The notes beneath the pieces are model-generated. The model made no database searches. It had not been told where the DNA came from and was given only the letters and a program-made list of their open reading frames with translations. Shown piece by piece: positions 11,836 through 24,514 of a stretch of 64,000 nt of DNA. The position numbers and the translations under genes were made by a program. The DNA comes from Octopus vulgaris. Taxonomy: Eukaryota. The stretch spans positions 174,282,001 through 174,346,000 of the forward strand of contig OX597815.1 in the NCBI GenBank assembly GCA_951406725.2, given 5' to 3'. Numbering within the stretch: the first letter of the stretch is position 1; each line of letters begins with the position of its first letter.

Positions 11836-13179
11836 TATTAGGTTGTCCAGAAAGTTCTGAGCATTTTTTTATATGCAAAAAGGAATATTAATAATTGACC
11901 TTTCAATAAATCTTATTCAATGAAATAATTTCCTTTATTAGTAATGACTTTTGCCCAATTTAAATATTCCATCAGCTTGAAATTTGACTGGTTTTGAAGA
12001 AGAAAATCATTAAATGTTTTTCTGCAATGAGCTGTCGAGACAAAAACAAGTGGTAGTCGGATGGTGCAATATCAGAAGAATATGGTGGATGGGGTAAGAG
12101 ATCCCAGCCAAGTTCATATAACTTTGTTCAGGTAGCCAAAGACAAGTAGTCAAGCATTATCTTGTTGGAACGCTACCCCTTTTCTGTTGGCAGTTTCCAG
12201 CCTCAATTTTTTTTATTTTTTGGTTCAAATTAGCCAGCTGACGGCAGTACACAGAATTAATGGTCAGGTTTTGTGGGAGAAACTCATAATAAATAATGCC
12301 TTTATGATTCCACCAAACACAAAACATTGCTTTTTTGGCATGGATATTTGTCTTTGGTTGCTGTTTTGGGGAATCCTTACACAAACTCCAGAATATTTTT
12401 TGCACTCTGTTTTCGTACACAATCCATTTTTCATCTCCAGTCACAAGTTGTTTAAAAAAAGGCATGCTTTCATTCCATTTCAAAAGCATATCACAAATGG
12501 AATACCAGTCCAAGCAATTCTTTTCTGAGAGCTTGTGAGGGATCCACTAGCATTGCTAGAGTGTGGTGCCACTCGGGGCAGCCCTTCCATTTGCTGCCCC
12601 CAGACTCCACAAAAAATACATATTGCCTACAGCAGACTCAAAAGTGCTGCCCCTACCACTACCCCCTAGCTATGCTAGTGGAGAAATGTATCCTAGCTTC
12701 ACTAGGTATTCATGGGCTGTACTTTTAGAAATTTCCAACTCTTCTGCAATGATATTTAAGTTTTCTTTGATTTTTGCCTTCAAAACCTCTTCATCCAATT
12801 TTGAAGGTCTTCTACTGCAAATGTCATTTTCCAAGCTAAATTCTCTAGCTTTAAATTTTGCAAACCACCTTCAGACAGTTGATTCACCTACAGCATCATC
12901 ACCATTAATTTCACAAATGATTTTGCAAGTCTTTGCAGCATTTTATCCTTCTTTAAAAAAAAAAGCTTTACAATGCAATTATAAAATTTTTGGTTATCCA
13001 TTTCAAATGTCAATAAAGCGTAAGTGGAATGAAATTTATTTTTAGTCAGGAACTAGGAAGAGATGCACTACCACTTCAAACAATGCCAAAGTTTTAACTG
13101 TGTTACATTTCAGGTGTGTTAAATGAAGTGCTAAAAGAATTAGCTTTAAAATGCTCAGGATTTTCTGGATAGCCTAATA
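11836..13179 (-). mobile_element. Mariner (DD34D) transposon, near full length, inactivated
   Basis: TIRs TATTAGGTTGTCCAGAAAGTTCTGAGCATTT (11836) and AAATGCTCAGGATTTTCTGGATAGCCTAATA (to 13179) in TA context. Motifs LVTGDEKWIVYEN, MFCVWWN, HPPYSSDIAPSDYHLF; frameshifts. Confidence 0.92.
12545..12680. mobile_element. 136-bp MITE nested in the mariner transposase
   Basis: TIRs CACTAGCATTGCTAG ... CTAGCTATGCTAGTG; interrupts the transposase between GYIS and (W)IPHKL. Confidence 0.7.
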
Positions 13180-13249
13180 TATATATATAAGTAAATAAAT
13201 GGAGTTGAACGCAGATGCTATTCAAATTTTTTTACTTTCAACAGATTAC

Positions 13250-13289
<40 letters not shown>

Positions 13290-13507
13290 TGTAAGACAAC
13301 AAAAGAATGAAAGATAAATGAAGAAATGGCGGCATGAATTTCCACCTCGGCATCCGAAAGTCGGAGTTTTATCATGGCTACCGAATAACTGTCACATATT
13401 ACATTTACAGATGTATGTATGTATGTATGTATGTATGTATGTATGTATGTGTGTGTGTGTATGTATGTATGTATGCTGATACAAACAGGAAAAATATGAG
13501 TATATAC

Positions 13508-13626
13508 ATATTTTTTACCAATATCTAACAGAAGCAACAGATGCCTCAAGGGCAAAGAGCACCAGTGCACAAAGTTCTCAGCCCTTGAGCCACTCTGTTG
13601 CTTATGTTAGATATTGATAGAAATAT
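13508..13626. repeat. Imperfect hairpin, ~53-bp arms
   Basis: ATATCTAACAGAAGCAACAGA..CTCAAGGGC pairs with GCCCTTGAG..TCTGTTGCTTATGTTAGATAT. Confidence 0.85.
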
Positions 13627-13634
13627 ATTTAAAA

Positions 13635-13869
13635 GGCAGCGATCTGGTAGAAACATTAGCACACCAGGCGAAATGCTTAGCAGTATTTCGTCTGCCGCTA
13701 CATTCTGAGTTCAAATTCTGCCGAGGTCAATTTAGCCTTTCATCCTTTCAAGGTTGATTAAATAAGTACCAATTATACACTGGGGTTGATGTAATCGACT
13801 TAATCCCTTTGTCTGTCCTTGTTTGTCCCCTCTATGTTTGGTCCCTTGTGGGCAATAAAGAAATAAGAA
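13635..13869 (+). mobile_element. tRNA-derived SINE family B, near full length
   Basis: B box GAGTTCAAATTC, central GCCTTTCATCCTTTCAAGGTTGATTAAATAAGTACC domain, A-rich tail. More than 10 related copies in the window (also ~17232, ~19780, ~32350). Confidence 0.85.
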
Positions 13870-14006
13870 ATATATTTTTGTGTGTGTGCATGTGTGTGTG
13901 TGGTGTATGTGTGTGCATGTTTGTGTGTGTATTTATATATGTATATGTATGTGCACATATACACACAGAGATTTCAAGAGAGAAAGAGAGAGAGAGAATC
14001 ATCATA

Positions 14007-14424
14007 GGCGCAGGAGTGGCTGTGTGGTAAGTAGCTTGCTAACCAACCACATGGTTCCGGGTTCAGTCCCACTGCGTGGCATCTTGGGCAAGTGTCTTCT
14101 GCTATAGCCCCGGGCCGACCAATGCCTTGTGAGTGGATTTGGTAGACGGAAACTGAAAGAAGCCTGTCGTATATATGTATATATATATAAGTGTGTGTGT
14201 ATATGTTTGTGTGTCTGTGTTTGTCCCCCTAGCATTGCTTGTCAACCGATGCTGGTGTGTTTACGTCCCCGTCACTTAGCGGTTCGGCAAAAGAGACCGA
14301 TAGAATAAGTACTGGGCTTACAAAGAATAAGTCCCGGGGTCGATTTGCTCGACTAAAGGCGGTGCTCCAGCATGGCCGCAGTCAAATGACTGAAACAAGT
14401 AAAAGAGTAAAAAGAGAAAAGAGT
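14007..14424 (+). mobile_element. tRNA-derived SINE family A, intact young copy
   Basis: A box TGGCTGTGTGG, B box GGTTCAGTCCC, internal (TA)/(TG) tract, tail TGACTGAAACAAGT(AAAAGAG)n, CpGs retained. Fragments also at ~11225, ~22050, ~30030, ~53140, ~61345. Confidence 0.9.
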
Positions 14425-15214
14425 ATATGAGTTATAGTTTTTTTTAGATTACTGGGTAAATGAACTAGAAAGCAATCGTCATGATATACTTCTGGATTAT
14501 AATGTATATTATTTGTTAATTAAAGATTCATAGTGATTAAAAAGATTCTTGAATATTTTAGATTTTTAAAATATGTCATAAATCATATAATGTAATTATT
14601 TATCCCTTAGCAACAAACGTGCTATATTTAATGTGATCAATCAAACATGGTGTGTTTAATCGTTTTATCAAGTTTTCTAAGTTGATCATATTAAATGTAA
14701 TACATATTAACTTAATTTAAACAAAGGTTAGCACTGCCAGAGATAGATAATTCTCAATAACCTTCTAAAGCTGAGTAGATTAATACTTAACTGAAGTGAT
14801 AATCACAAAATGAATGATTTCAGACTAAATTAAGCATTATACTTGAGACAGATTTAGTAAGCTAAATTTATGTAGTAAATCTGAAAGTAAAATTTCCCTC
14901 TGGTTATCTCTAGTTATCACTAGTCATTTCCTCTCAATAGAGGTAGTCAATTCAAACAAGGTTGTTCTAGAATTTTCTTAATCTATCTGTTATGCAGATA
15001 CTAACACGTGGCAAATTTTCACTCACTTCTAATAGCATATCCTGCTTTGTCTATACAACCAGAATTTGTACTCATATTAAGTAACATTCATTCTGTCTTG
15101 TATCCAGCTATTTTCCTTACTCAACTGAAATCAGTTTACATATCATAAACACCCTCTTACATAACTATTCGACCACATTTGACAATGTATTACATGATAA
15201 ATATTGGGACGTAA

Positions 15215-15995
15215 TAGAAAGGTACGCATAAGTGGGCTGGTTACACCCCTGGCATAGGCCACGGGTTATGGTCTCACTTGGCTTGCCAGGTCTTCTCGCG
15301 CACAGCATATTTCCAAAGGTCTCGGTCTCTAGTCATTGCCTCGGTGAGGCCTAATGTTCGAAGGTCGTGCTTCACCACCTCGTCCCAGGTCTTTCTGGGT
15401 CTACCTCTTCCACATATTTTCTCAACCACTAGGGTGTGGCACTTTTTCACACAGCTATCTTCATCCATTCTCGCCACATGATCATACCAGCGCAGTCGTC
15501 TCTCTTGCACACCACATCTGATGCTTCTTAGGTCCAACTTTTCTCTCAAGTTGAGTATGCACGCTGACATTACACATCCAGCGGAGCATACTGGCTTCAT
15601 TCCTTGCAAGCTTACGCATGTCCTCAGCAGTCACAGCCCATGTTTCACTGCCATGTAGCATGGCTGTTCATACACATGCGTCATACAGTCTACCTTTTAC
15701 TCTGAGCAAGAAACCCTTTGTCACCAGCAGAGGTAAGAGCTCTCTGAACTTTGCCCAGGCTATTCTTATTCTAGCAGCTACACTTTCAGCTCCCCCGTCA
15801 CCTAGGTAACGGAAGCTATCAACTACTTCTAGTTGTTCTCTCTGGAATGTGGCGGAAGTTGTTCTCTGCACATTTTCAGTGTTTATTGCTCCTGAGCATC
15901 TGCTACATACAAAAACTAACTTCCCAGTTAGCCTTCCTTTGATATTGCTGCACCTCTTATGTGTCCATGGCTTACACTGGGTACATCTTACAGAA
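15215..15995 (-). pseudogene. RTE LINE ORF C-terminal fragment (PHD-like finger, end of RT, thumb) plus start of 3'UTR
   Basis: CTQCKPWTHKRC...CSRC; LEVVDSFRYLGD; RIRIAWAKFRELLPLL; RRLRWYDHVARM; RGRPRKTWDEVVKHDL; DRDLW. Frameshifted. Confidence 0.9.
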
Positions 15996-18046
15996 AAACT
16001 AAACGTGATAGAGAAAAACTAGTAACATATCTGAAATCAGCATTAAAAATTGCTTTAAAAAGTTATGTAGATATTAAACATCAAAAATTATGCAGACTTG
16101 TGTAATCAACAAATTTTCCTAACTCATACTGATGATTGGTGTGATCTATGAAGTTTAGGCATTTCCTGTCACAGCTTTGTTGTGAGTAAACATTTGGTGG
16201 GTAGAAGAAGGAAGTATTTGGTCTTCAATGTTGGTCCTGAGAGTGTTTTGAAGAACAGTGACTCATGTGGTACCATGCCTCAGTTGGCAGTGAATGTTGA
16301 CCTCTAAGTATTTATCAGTATGATACTATTTGAGAGACTTTATTTTATAGTTTCATTGACTGAGACTTTCCTGGTGTGTACTTCTACCATATTAGTAAAT
16401 GGGAACTTTACTATACCGCAAGAACTCCAGCAAATTACAGTTTCACATTCTAGAGATACAAGATGCCCACCATAACTGAATCTTGAGTGTTTTCTTTTTG
16501 TTTTGTTTTGTTTTTTGTCATTGGTTTGGTCTAGAGGAAGGGGCACTTCAAAACAAATGAGATTATTAGGGTTAATGTTCCTCTTGAATAGTTATATGTT
16601 CATGTGTACTGGAAAAACATAACCAGAGAGAAGGCAGTATTTCTAAGAACTGATGTTCTAGAGAGAAAGTTGGAATAGTGGTTAATGTAATGTGTACAGA
16701 GGAAATCTTACATTGACTACTATTAGTGTATGAGTGACAAAAGGAGAAGAATAGATGATTAAATCAGGAGTACCTGAGTGGAGGTAATACAAGCCCAACC
16801 AGACCAAAGAAGGCTGTTATATAAAGACTGAAAAATCATAGAGAAGAGAAAGCATGTCTGTGAGCCAAAAGTTGGAATATGTTAGTAAGCAACTTCATGC
16901 CAATCACTCAGGTGATTTTTCATGTTTATAATTTTCCTAGAACTTCAAAGTTAGGGAAGTTTTGCTAGTAAATGCTGAGAATAGCACAGAGTGGAACAAG
17001 TAGGAGCACTCAATATCTAACTAAACACAATAGATGATGCAAGATTTAATTTTATATTTAGTAGGAAGATAGCTTTTAGAAGCTGACCTTTGTCTTTTTG
17101 TGGAGATGTTCTAAACACTGTAGAAGGTCTATTGAGTACAATATTCACTTCTTTGTCAGTTGTGACATAAAGTAAACCATTCAGTCATTTACTCACCTAA
17201 GTACATTTATATTATGTGTATTGTCTCCAAATGGGGCAGCAAATTGGCATGATCATTAGAACAGACAAAATGCTTTGTGATATTTAATTATAGCTCTTTC
17301 ATTCTGAGATCAAATCTCACTGAGGTCAGCTACCTTACACCGTTCTAAGGTAAATAAAATAATTACTACTTGGATATAGTGGTCAAAATAATTTCCCTTC
17401 TCCTTACTTCCATCCCAAATTAATCATAATAATATTGCAATACAAAATACAAACGCTATCATAATGCACGTGATTGTAATAAAATACCAACATTATCGTA
17501 CAATACTTCAGCTTTTTTTATATGCTATTACTTTATGAACACCAATCCAACTTTCTACAGCTGTGTACATTTCATCCTTAACATAAATAGATCTCTGTGT
17601 TTAGAGCACCCAATATGCATTCAACATATATTGAGGTTAATTATAGATGCATGAAGATCCCTATTGTCTAGTTTCAAAGAAATGGTAAATTCTATTTTTG
17701 CTCAATACTTTATATTATCTTGATTATTTTTAGTATCATTTACCAATGTTCATATAATATTACTTGTCACATAATAGCTATTAATACTCTCTCTATGTCA
17801 CAGCATCAGTGAAAACTGTTGCATCATTTACAGAACTTCTATTTATGTGAAAATGTCATCCGTCTGTTATACTTTTCATTAAATGCTTTGTCAGATGAAT
17901 TTACAGTATAAGCTTGAAAAACAAACAAACAAAAATTCTGATATATGTTTTTTTATTTAATATAAATGGAAAAATTTGTTGAAAATTGCTTTGTAATTGG
18001 AAAATTTCATACATAAAACAATATATTGTTTATCACAATTATTATT

Positions 18047-18265
18047 AGGGTGGCAAGCTGGCAGAATTATTAGCATGCTGGGCAAAATGCTTAGTGGCAT
18101 TTCCTACGTCTTCAAATTCTGAGTTCATATTCTGCCAAGTTTGACTTTGCTTTACATCCTTTCAGGGTCAATAAAAGAAGTACCAGTTGAATACTGGAGT
18201 TCATGTAATAGACTTATCCCTTCTCTCAAAATGACTGGGCTTGTGCCAAGGTTTGAAACCATTAT
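18047..18265 (+). mobile_element. SINE family B
   Basis: Colinear with the 13635 head and central domain. Confidence 0.8.
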
Positions 18266-18324
18266 CAATAATATTAACACAGTAATTTTATTTTGTTTTT
18301 GTACATACTTGTGGTGTGTGTCAC

Positions 18325-18914
18325 ACTTACTTCAAAGGAAGAGGTAAAAAGCTTAAAGGGAGAGGTACAAAGAGAGAGGAGGGACAGAGATGGAGTCAGA
18401 GAGAAAGAGAAAGAGTGAGAGAGGAAGAGAAAGACTGAGAGAGACAGAGAGTGGGTGGTGACTGAAAGGAAGAGAGGAAAAATGTTTATTAGTATTTTCA
18501 GAGTAGACTGATATATACATCGAAAGAAAAGTAGATACATATATTGAAAGAAAAGTAAATACATAGACACATTGGTAAATCAAAGGCAAATAACTACAGC
18601 AAATATTGAATGTCACTTTCACTTTTCATTACCACACAAGGATAAAATTAACATGCAAGTGGCTGAGAACTCCACAGACATGCATACCAGTAATGTAGTT
18701 CTCAGGCAGATTCAGCCTCACACAGAATGTGACAAAACTGGCTCCTTTGAATTACAGCTACAACTCATTTTGGCCAGCTGAGTGGACTGGAGCAAGATAA
18801 ACCTTCAAGTGGTTGGAAGAAAATGAAAAAAGATTCAATACAGAGGCAGGAAAATTTTTTTAGTCGTTAGGATCACTGTGGGTGTTAATCCGGTCCTAAC
18901 AGTGACCTATCTTT

Positions 18915-18994
<80 letters not shown>

Positions 18995-19330
18995 ATGTCT
19001 GTCTGTCTGACAGTTATTCTGTCTGCCTCTCTCTCTCACACACTCTCTCTCTCCTTCTGTCTGTCTCTCTCTCAGCAAATACCTGTGGATGTTACTTTTC
19101 TACGCTTGAAGGAAGAGGTAGAAAGAAAAAGAAAAATAAAAGGTGTTAAACAGAGGAGATATGCTTGAAGTAAGTGGTAAAGCAAGAGAGAGGCAGGACA
19201 GAGAGGAAGTGAGACAGAGAGAGAGTGGTAACTAAAAGGAAGGTGGTGTTTGTTTTGTATTTTTAAATGTTTATCAGTGTTTTCAGAGTAGACATATACA
19301 TAACCACAGCAAATATTGGATGTTACTTTT
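18325..19330. repeat. Old direct duplication of a purine-rich ~250-bp unit around a SINE-D fragment and (ATCT)n
   Basis: AAGGAAGAGGTA...TTTTCAGAGTAGAC...CAGCAAATATTG shared by ~18325-18620 and ~19100-19330; (ATCT)n at ~18907-18995. Confidence 0.6.
18635..18795 (-). mobile_element. SINE family D fragment
   Basis: Reverse-complement match to ~57225-57375. Confidence 0.7.
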
Positions 19331-19497
19331 TTTTTTTCCTGCAATATAATTACTGTATTTTATATACTGGATCCTCAGCCAATAATGGACATTGCTCTAA
19401 GTGTCACCATATAGAAACATTTTTCATGGCACCAGCACACAATTTACAGATGCTTACATTTTTTATATTTTCTGTGAAGTTTTCATGGGTCCAGCTA

Positions 19498-19535
<38 letters not shown>

Positions 19536-19539
19536 GAAG

Positions 19540-19755
19540 ACAGTGAACTGGCAGAATCATTAGCATGATGGGCAAAATGCTGAGTGGTATTTCTTCCATT
19601 GCTACATTCTCAGTTCAAATTCTGCCAAGGTCAGCTTTGCCTTTCATCCTTTCAGGGTCAATAAATTAAGTACCAGTGAAATACTGGGGTTGATGTAATA
19701 GACTAGTCCCCTCCGCTAAAATTTCAGGTCTTGTGCCTACAGCAGAAAGGATTAT
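19540..19755 (+). mobile_element. SINE family B
   Basis: Colinear with the other B copies; flanked by (ATT)n. Confidence 0.8.
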
Positions 19756-20050
19756 TACTACTATTATTATTATTATTCAGCTTTACTCTCTGCGTTTAAA
19801 TGCTACTGAGGTCAACTCTTCCCTTCATACTTTTGTAGTCAATAAACTAGATACCAGTTGAACACAGAGAATGATACATTATTTACATTATTTACAATTG
19901 ACGATATTTGTCCTCATCTTGTTTGTTGTTAACACAACAACCTCCAGCCTTCTTAAGGTGTCTTGGGGAAATTTCGAACCTGGGTTTTCATTCCTAAGGT
20001 ATTTTTCAATGTCATCGTCGTCCTCGTCCTCGTCATCGTCATCATCATCG

Positions 20051-20096
<46 letters not shown>

Positions 20097-20510
20097 TATT
20101 ATTCAGGTCACTCTTCTCAGTTCATGTAACGTATCAGTTAAGACAATCTTTTGCACTTCCTGTATGGATGGTAAGCCAGGGATCATTCTTAAATAATTTT
20201 CAGCTCCTTTTTTGATCATTCCAAGTGCTCCTACAATCACTGGTAATGTAACCATCTTATTATCATCATCATCATCATCATTATTATTATTACAGCATTG
20301 GACAAAATGTCTTACAGTATTTGTTCAGATGCTTTACTTGTGTGTGTATGTGTGTGTGTCAACATACTGATCTGCGTGAACTTATAAGTTTATAGAAATA
20401 AGGGAATGTAATCTTACTCCTGCAACAAAAAACAGTTTACTGTCCACGAGAGCTCTAAGTTACATACTCTTTTATCTGGAAACAAAATAGTGTACTAACT
20501 TATACACATG

Positions 20511-20555
<45 letters not shown>

Positions 20556-20717
20556 ACATATATAAATTCACACTTACACTGGATGATTCAAAAGTTATAC
20601 TTCAGTTATTAATTACTGGGACAGGAGAGTAACCATGAGCTCAGTATACAAATTCATCAATTGACAAACATAACACACACACACACACTGATTGCTGTGT
20701 TATCTATGATTAAAAGA

Positions 20718-20966
20718 GTTTGGTGTGTGGTGTGCTTGGCCATCATGAGCTATATATCTTATTTAAGAACATAATGGAGTGCTGGTGATAGACTAAAAAC
20801 TACTGACTTCTTGATTGGTTGTCCAATAGTCAGCTAATTAATTAACTGATTACTGGACAACAAGCCAAAAAATCAGTCATTTTTACACTATCATCAACAC
20901 TTTTTGTGCTTTTTGGTAGACTTGGCTATTAAGACATATAGCTCTTAATAGCCAAGTCCACCAAAC
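20718..20966. repeat. Compound palindrome / fold-back element
   Basis: Inner palindrome 20778-20901 centred on TAATTAATTA; outer arms ~20718-20762 / ~20928-20966; alternative hairpin 20911-20965. Confidence 0.75.
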
Positions 20967-21184
20967 ACTAAATAGATAGATACCAAGGTAGTATAATTAA
21001 TCTGCCTCTGCAGTAGCAACAGTACTGAATTGACAAGAATATTGTTGGTTTGTCAAATTGAGATTCAATTCCCTGCATACATAAAAGCCTGTCAGTAAAT
21101 CTGTATCTCAGTCATATGAAACTGAATCTCATCCTTATCATCAACATCCTAACATTTAACATCCTATCATTTAACATCCTACCA

Positions 21185-21327
21185 GGCACAGGAGTGGCTG
21201 TGAGGTAAGTAGCTTACTTACCAACCACATGGTCGTGGGTTCAGTGTCTTCTACTATAGCCTCGGGCTGACCAAAGCCTTGTGAGTGGATTTGGTAGACA
21301 GAAACTGAAAGAAGCCCGTCATATCTA

Positions 21328-21392
<65 letters not shown>

Positions 21393-21599
21393 ATGTGTCT
21401 GTGTTTGTCCTCCCAGCATCGCTTGACAACCGATGCTGGTGTGTTTATGTCCCCATAACTTAGCGGTTCGGCAAAAGAGACCAATAGAATAAGTACTAGG
21501 CTTTCAAAGAATAAGTCCTGGAGTCAATTTGCTCGACTAAAGGTGGTGCTCCAGCATGGCTGCAGTCAAATGACTGAAACAAGTAAAAGAGTAAAGAGT
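21185..21599 (+). mobile_element. SINE family A
   Basis: Colinear with the 14007 copy; small head deletion; long (TG)n. Confidence 0.9.
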
Positions 21600-21804
21600 A
21601 TCCACTGATTGCGTGGATCAGATGGAGTTTATATGAGGCATATTTTCTACAACTGGATGCTCTTCCTGTTGCCAATCTTTATCTGTTATAATTCCCATGG
21701 TTAGACATGTTCTTGCAGAATATTGGAAATTAATGACATTGCTTGTTTGACAGTGATGCTCATTTATAACAGTCATGTGATGTCAAGATAAATATACACA
21801 AGCA

Positions 21805-22035
21805 TGAGCGTGGCCATTGACAGTACCGCCTGAATGGCCCTCGTGCTGGTGGCATGTAAAAGCACCCACTACACTCTCAGAGTGGTTGGCATTAGGAAGG
21901 GCATCCAGCTGTAGAAACTCTGCCAGATCAAATTGGAGCCTGGTACAGCCATCTGGTTTGCCAATCCATGCTAGCATGGAAAGCAGATGTTAAACGACGA
22001 CGACGACGATGATGATGGTGATGATGATGATGATA
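21805..22035 (+). mobile_element. RTE 3'UTR/tail fragment (family C)
   Basis: One hairpin subunit plus tail CCATGCTAGCATGGAAAGCAGATGTTAAA(CGA/GAT)n. Confidence 0.8.
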
Positions 22036-22401
22036 TGCACACTCACGCACACAAACATATACAAACACATACAATGGGCTTCTTTCAGTTTCCACCTACC
22101 AAATCTACTCACAAGGCTTAGGTTAGTCCGGTGAGTTTCCATGTGGTGGGTTTGATCCTGGGACCATGTGGTTGGGAAATAAACATCTTACCACTAACCA
22201 TGCTTGCTTCTTCCTGCTTTAATTATGGAATCAAGAAAATAGGCCACAATCCCAATAAATTATTGGGATTATATAGGATTAACTTTTGAAGAAAATAATA
22301 TATATTTATTGGAATTTACAGTGAAGTTCAAATATGCACCATGGCCAATATTTATGGCTGTTTGAGTTTCTTATCCAATAAAGTAGATGTTTATTCACCG
22401 T

Positions 22402-22627
22402 TTAATCCTTTTGTTATATTTCTGTTGAAATATAATATTTTTGTTTCAATTAATTTTGGAAATAAGGACAAATTTAGTAAATTAACTTTGTTGTTATTAA
22501 GCTGGTAGCTGAAACATAAATTAACATGAAATTTTGATGGAAGATTTTGATTTAGACCACTTTAAAACAGGAAGTTATTTTCATATAACCAGAGACAGTC
22601 TGAAGTGGGTTGATATCAAAAGGGGTA
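22402..22627. mobile_element. piggyBac-type MITE
   Basis: TTAATCCTTTTGTTA ... GATATCAAAAGGGGTA; homologous copy at 53491-53698. Confidence 0.65.
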
Positions 22628-23676
22628 TGACAAGAAATATGAGATAATTTCTAACCTGTTTTCCCTAATACACAAGATACTTGTTAAAGGCATGCAACAT
22701 ATATAGGGACCTATTATGGAATATTTTCTAAATTTGAGGTTAATCAGTTCTTGGATGTATATCTTTGGGTGTGCCAAATATGTACTGTACATGCACCAAT
22801 GGTTACCAAACTTTTTGTACTCCCGTGATAAAGTTCAAATCATGGTTGAAATTACAACATACTTGTTTGACAGTCATAATAAGGACAGTGTTTTTTTTTT
22901 ATATTTGAAACATGATATATGATGAAAAATGTTATTACTTTTAAAATACAGTCAATTGGAATTTAGGAAATGTTTCATTCATAATTATTTTTTCAAATGA
23001 ACCCACTTCATTATGATATATCAGCCGTAATCAAGACTGGGATATATGAGACAAAATTACTTTCATTCCCTCTTCAACACAGAAATATATTCCATTATTT
23101 TGCAATCAATGTTAGGAAATGCTGTAACTCACAATAAGTTGCAGAAAACTACTTTCAAATTGCTAACGCATGATTACAGATTTCAGAAAAACTCATCTTT
23201 AACAGAAATTCCAAATTTAACATGGTACTTCAGCATGTTTCATCATCAGACTATAATCACTTGAAATAGTTTCTAGACATTCTTCAATGATTATTATAAA
23301 ATCCAAATCAGAATTAAAAAAAAACATAAAAGAGATTTTTTATTGAGAAGAAACTCTCTAAAATCAATGATAGAAAGTAGTGTGTGATGTTATTTTTTTC
23401 AGTGTTTTTAAATATTCCATTAGAAGACTGTATGTTCATTTATTTATTTATTTATTTATTCCCCTTGCATGAAGAATTCGTGAAAATGTCAAAAATACTC
23501 TACCTTGTTCTCTTTAATTAAACAGACAGTTACTGTTTTTTCAGATATCAACAATCCAAATTAAAGATCTACTTATTTTGATTTTAAAAAATGCATATTG
23601 TATCCACACTATTCTACCAAATAAACTAAAAAGTTCTCTGATAAAATATTTCTTAAAATTCTTTGGTTTCTTTCAG

Positions 23677-23833
23677 ATTGAGAAAAAAATTAATTCTAGT
23701 TTATCTTTCAATAAGAAACTTCAGCTTGTACTGTCTTCATTGACAGACTGCTTACTATATTTTCCAACATACAAATCAAAATCTTCAGAGAAAAATTTAC
23801 AGCTGAAAAAGATAGATCAACTTATACACCAAG
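23677..23833 (+). CDS. Candidate internal exon of an unidentified gene
   Basis: Polypyrimidine acceptor TTTCTTTCAG, 157 nt open (IEKKINSSLSFNKKLQLVLSSLTDCLLYFPTYKSKSSEKNLQLKKIDQLIHQ), donor AAG|GTGACA, non-repetitive context; no homology recognised. Confidence 0.2.
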
Positions 23834-24473
23834 GTGACATTGAAAAAACAAAAATTTCATGTGAAATGCAGCATGATTAGGAAAGATAGTGACAATGTTT
23901 GAATTTTTACACTACATGTTTATGCTATATACTAAACTGACTTTTATGCCTGAAAATACAGTGCTTACAAAGCCAAGGAAAATAATTTTTTTTAAAAATC
24001 CAAGTACCGAATATCTTTACTTATGATGTACAGCACCAACTATCACCTCAGTGACCTCTATGCAATCACCAAGGTGACTTTGATAATAGGTGTATTCAAT
24101 CAGAGCTAACTTGGGATGAAATAACCATAACAGCAATGTTTCATGCTTTCTGCAACTTGAAAATTATTCTATTATTTATATATGCACATGAATATACTTT
24201 GCCCTCAAAATATCTGTAACAATTGATTGTAGAAAATGAATGAGAGGAAGAAAAATATTATTAGTTGAAATGGCCCCTTATTTTCATCATTACAATGTAA
24301 GATACAACTTCTTCAAGTTGTTGTTATACACAGATTATTTTCCATTCTGTAGGTAGTTAAGTTCATCTTTAATTGACTGCTAGAAGAACAGATGAAAGAA
24401 GGAGAAAGAGTAAAAGAATTTACACAAGTAGAGAAGGTGAAATTGCAAAATTATATATATATAGATATGAGTG

Positions 24474-24506
<33 letters not shown>

Positions 24507-24514
24507 AAATATAT

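Noticed and set aside
12563-13045. 160-aa plus-strand ORF
   Set aside because: Antisense to the mariner transposase plus the nested MITE.
13328-13385. Hammerhead- or HDV-like fold in a CpG-rich island
   Set aside because: Hairpins exist (TCCGA/TCGGA), but the minus-strand core ATGATAA has no 3-8 pair and no HDV pseudoknot could be built.
14007-14085. tRNA gene (also 57121-57185)
   Set aside because: A/B boxes belong to SINE heads; no complete cloverleaf.
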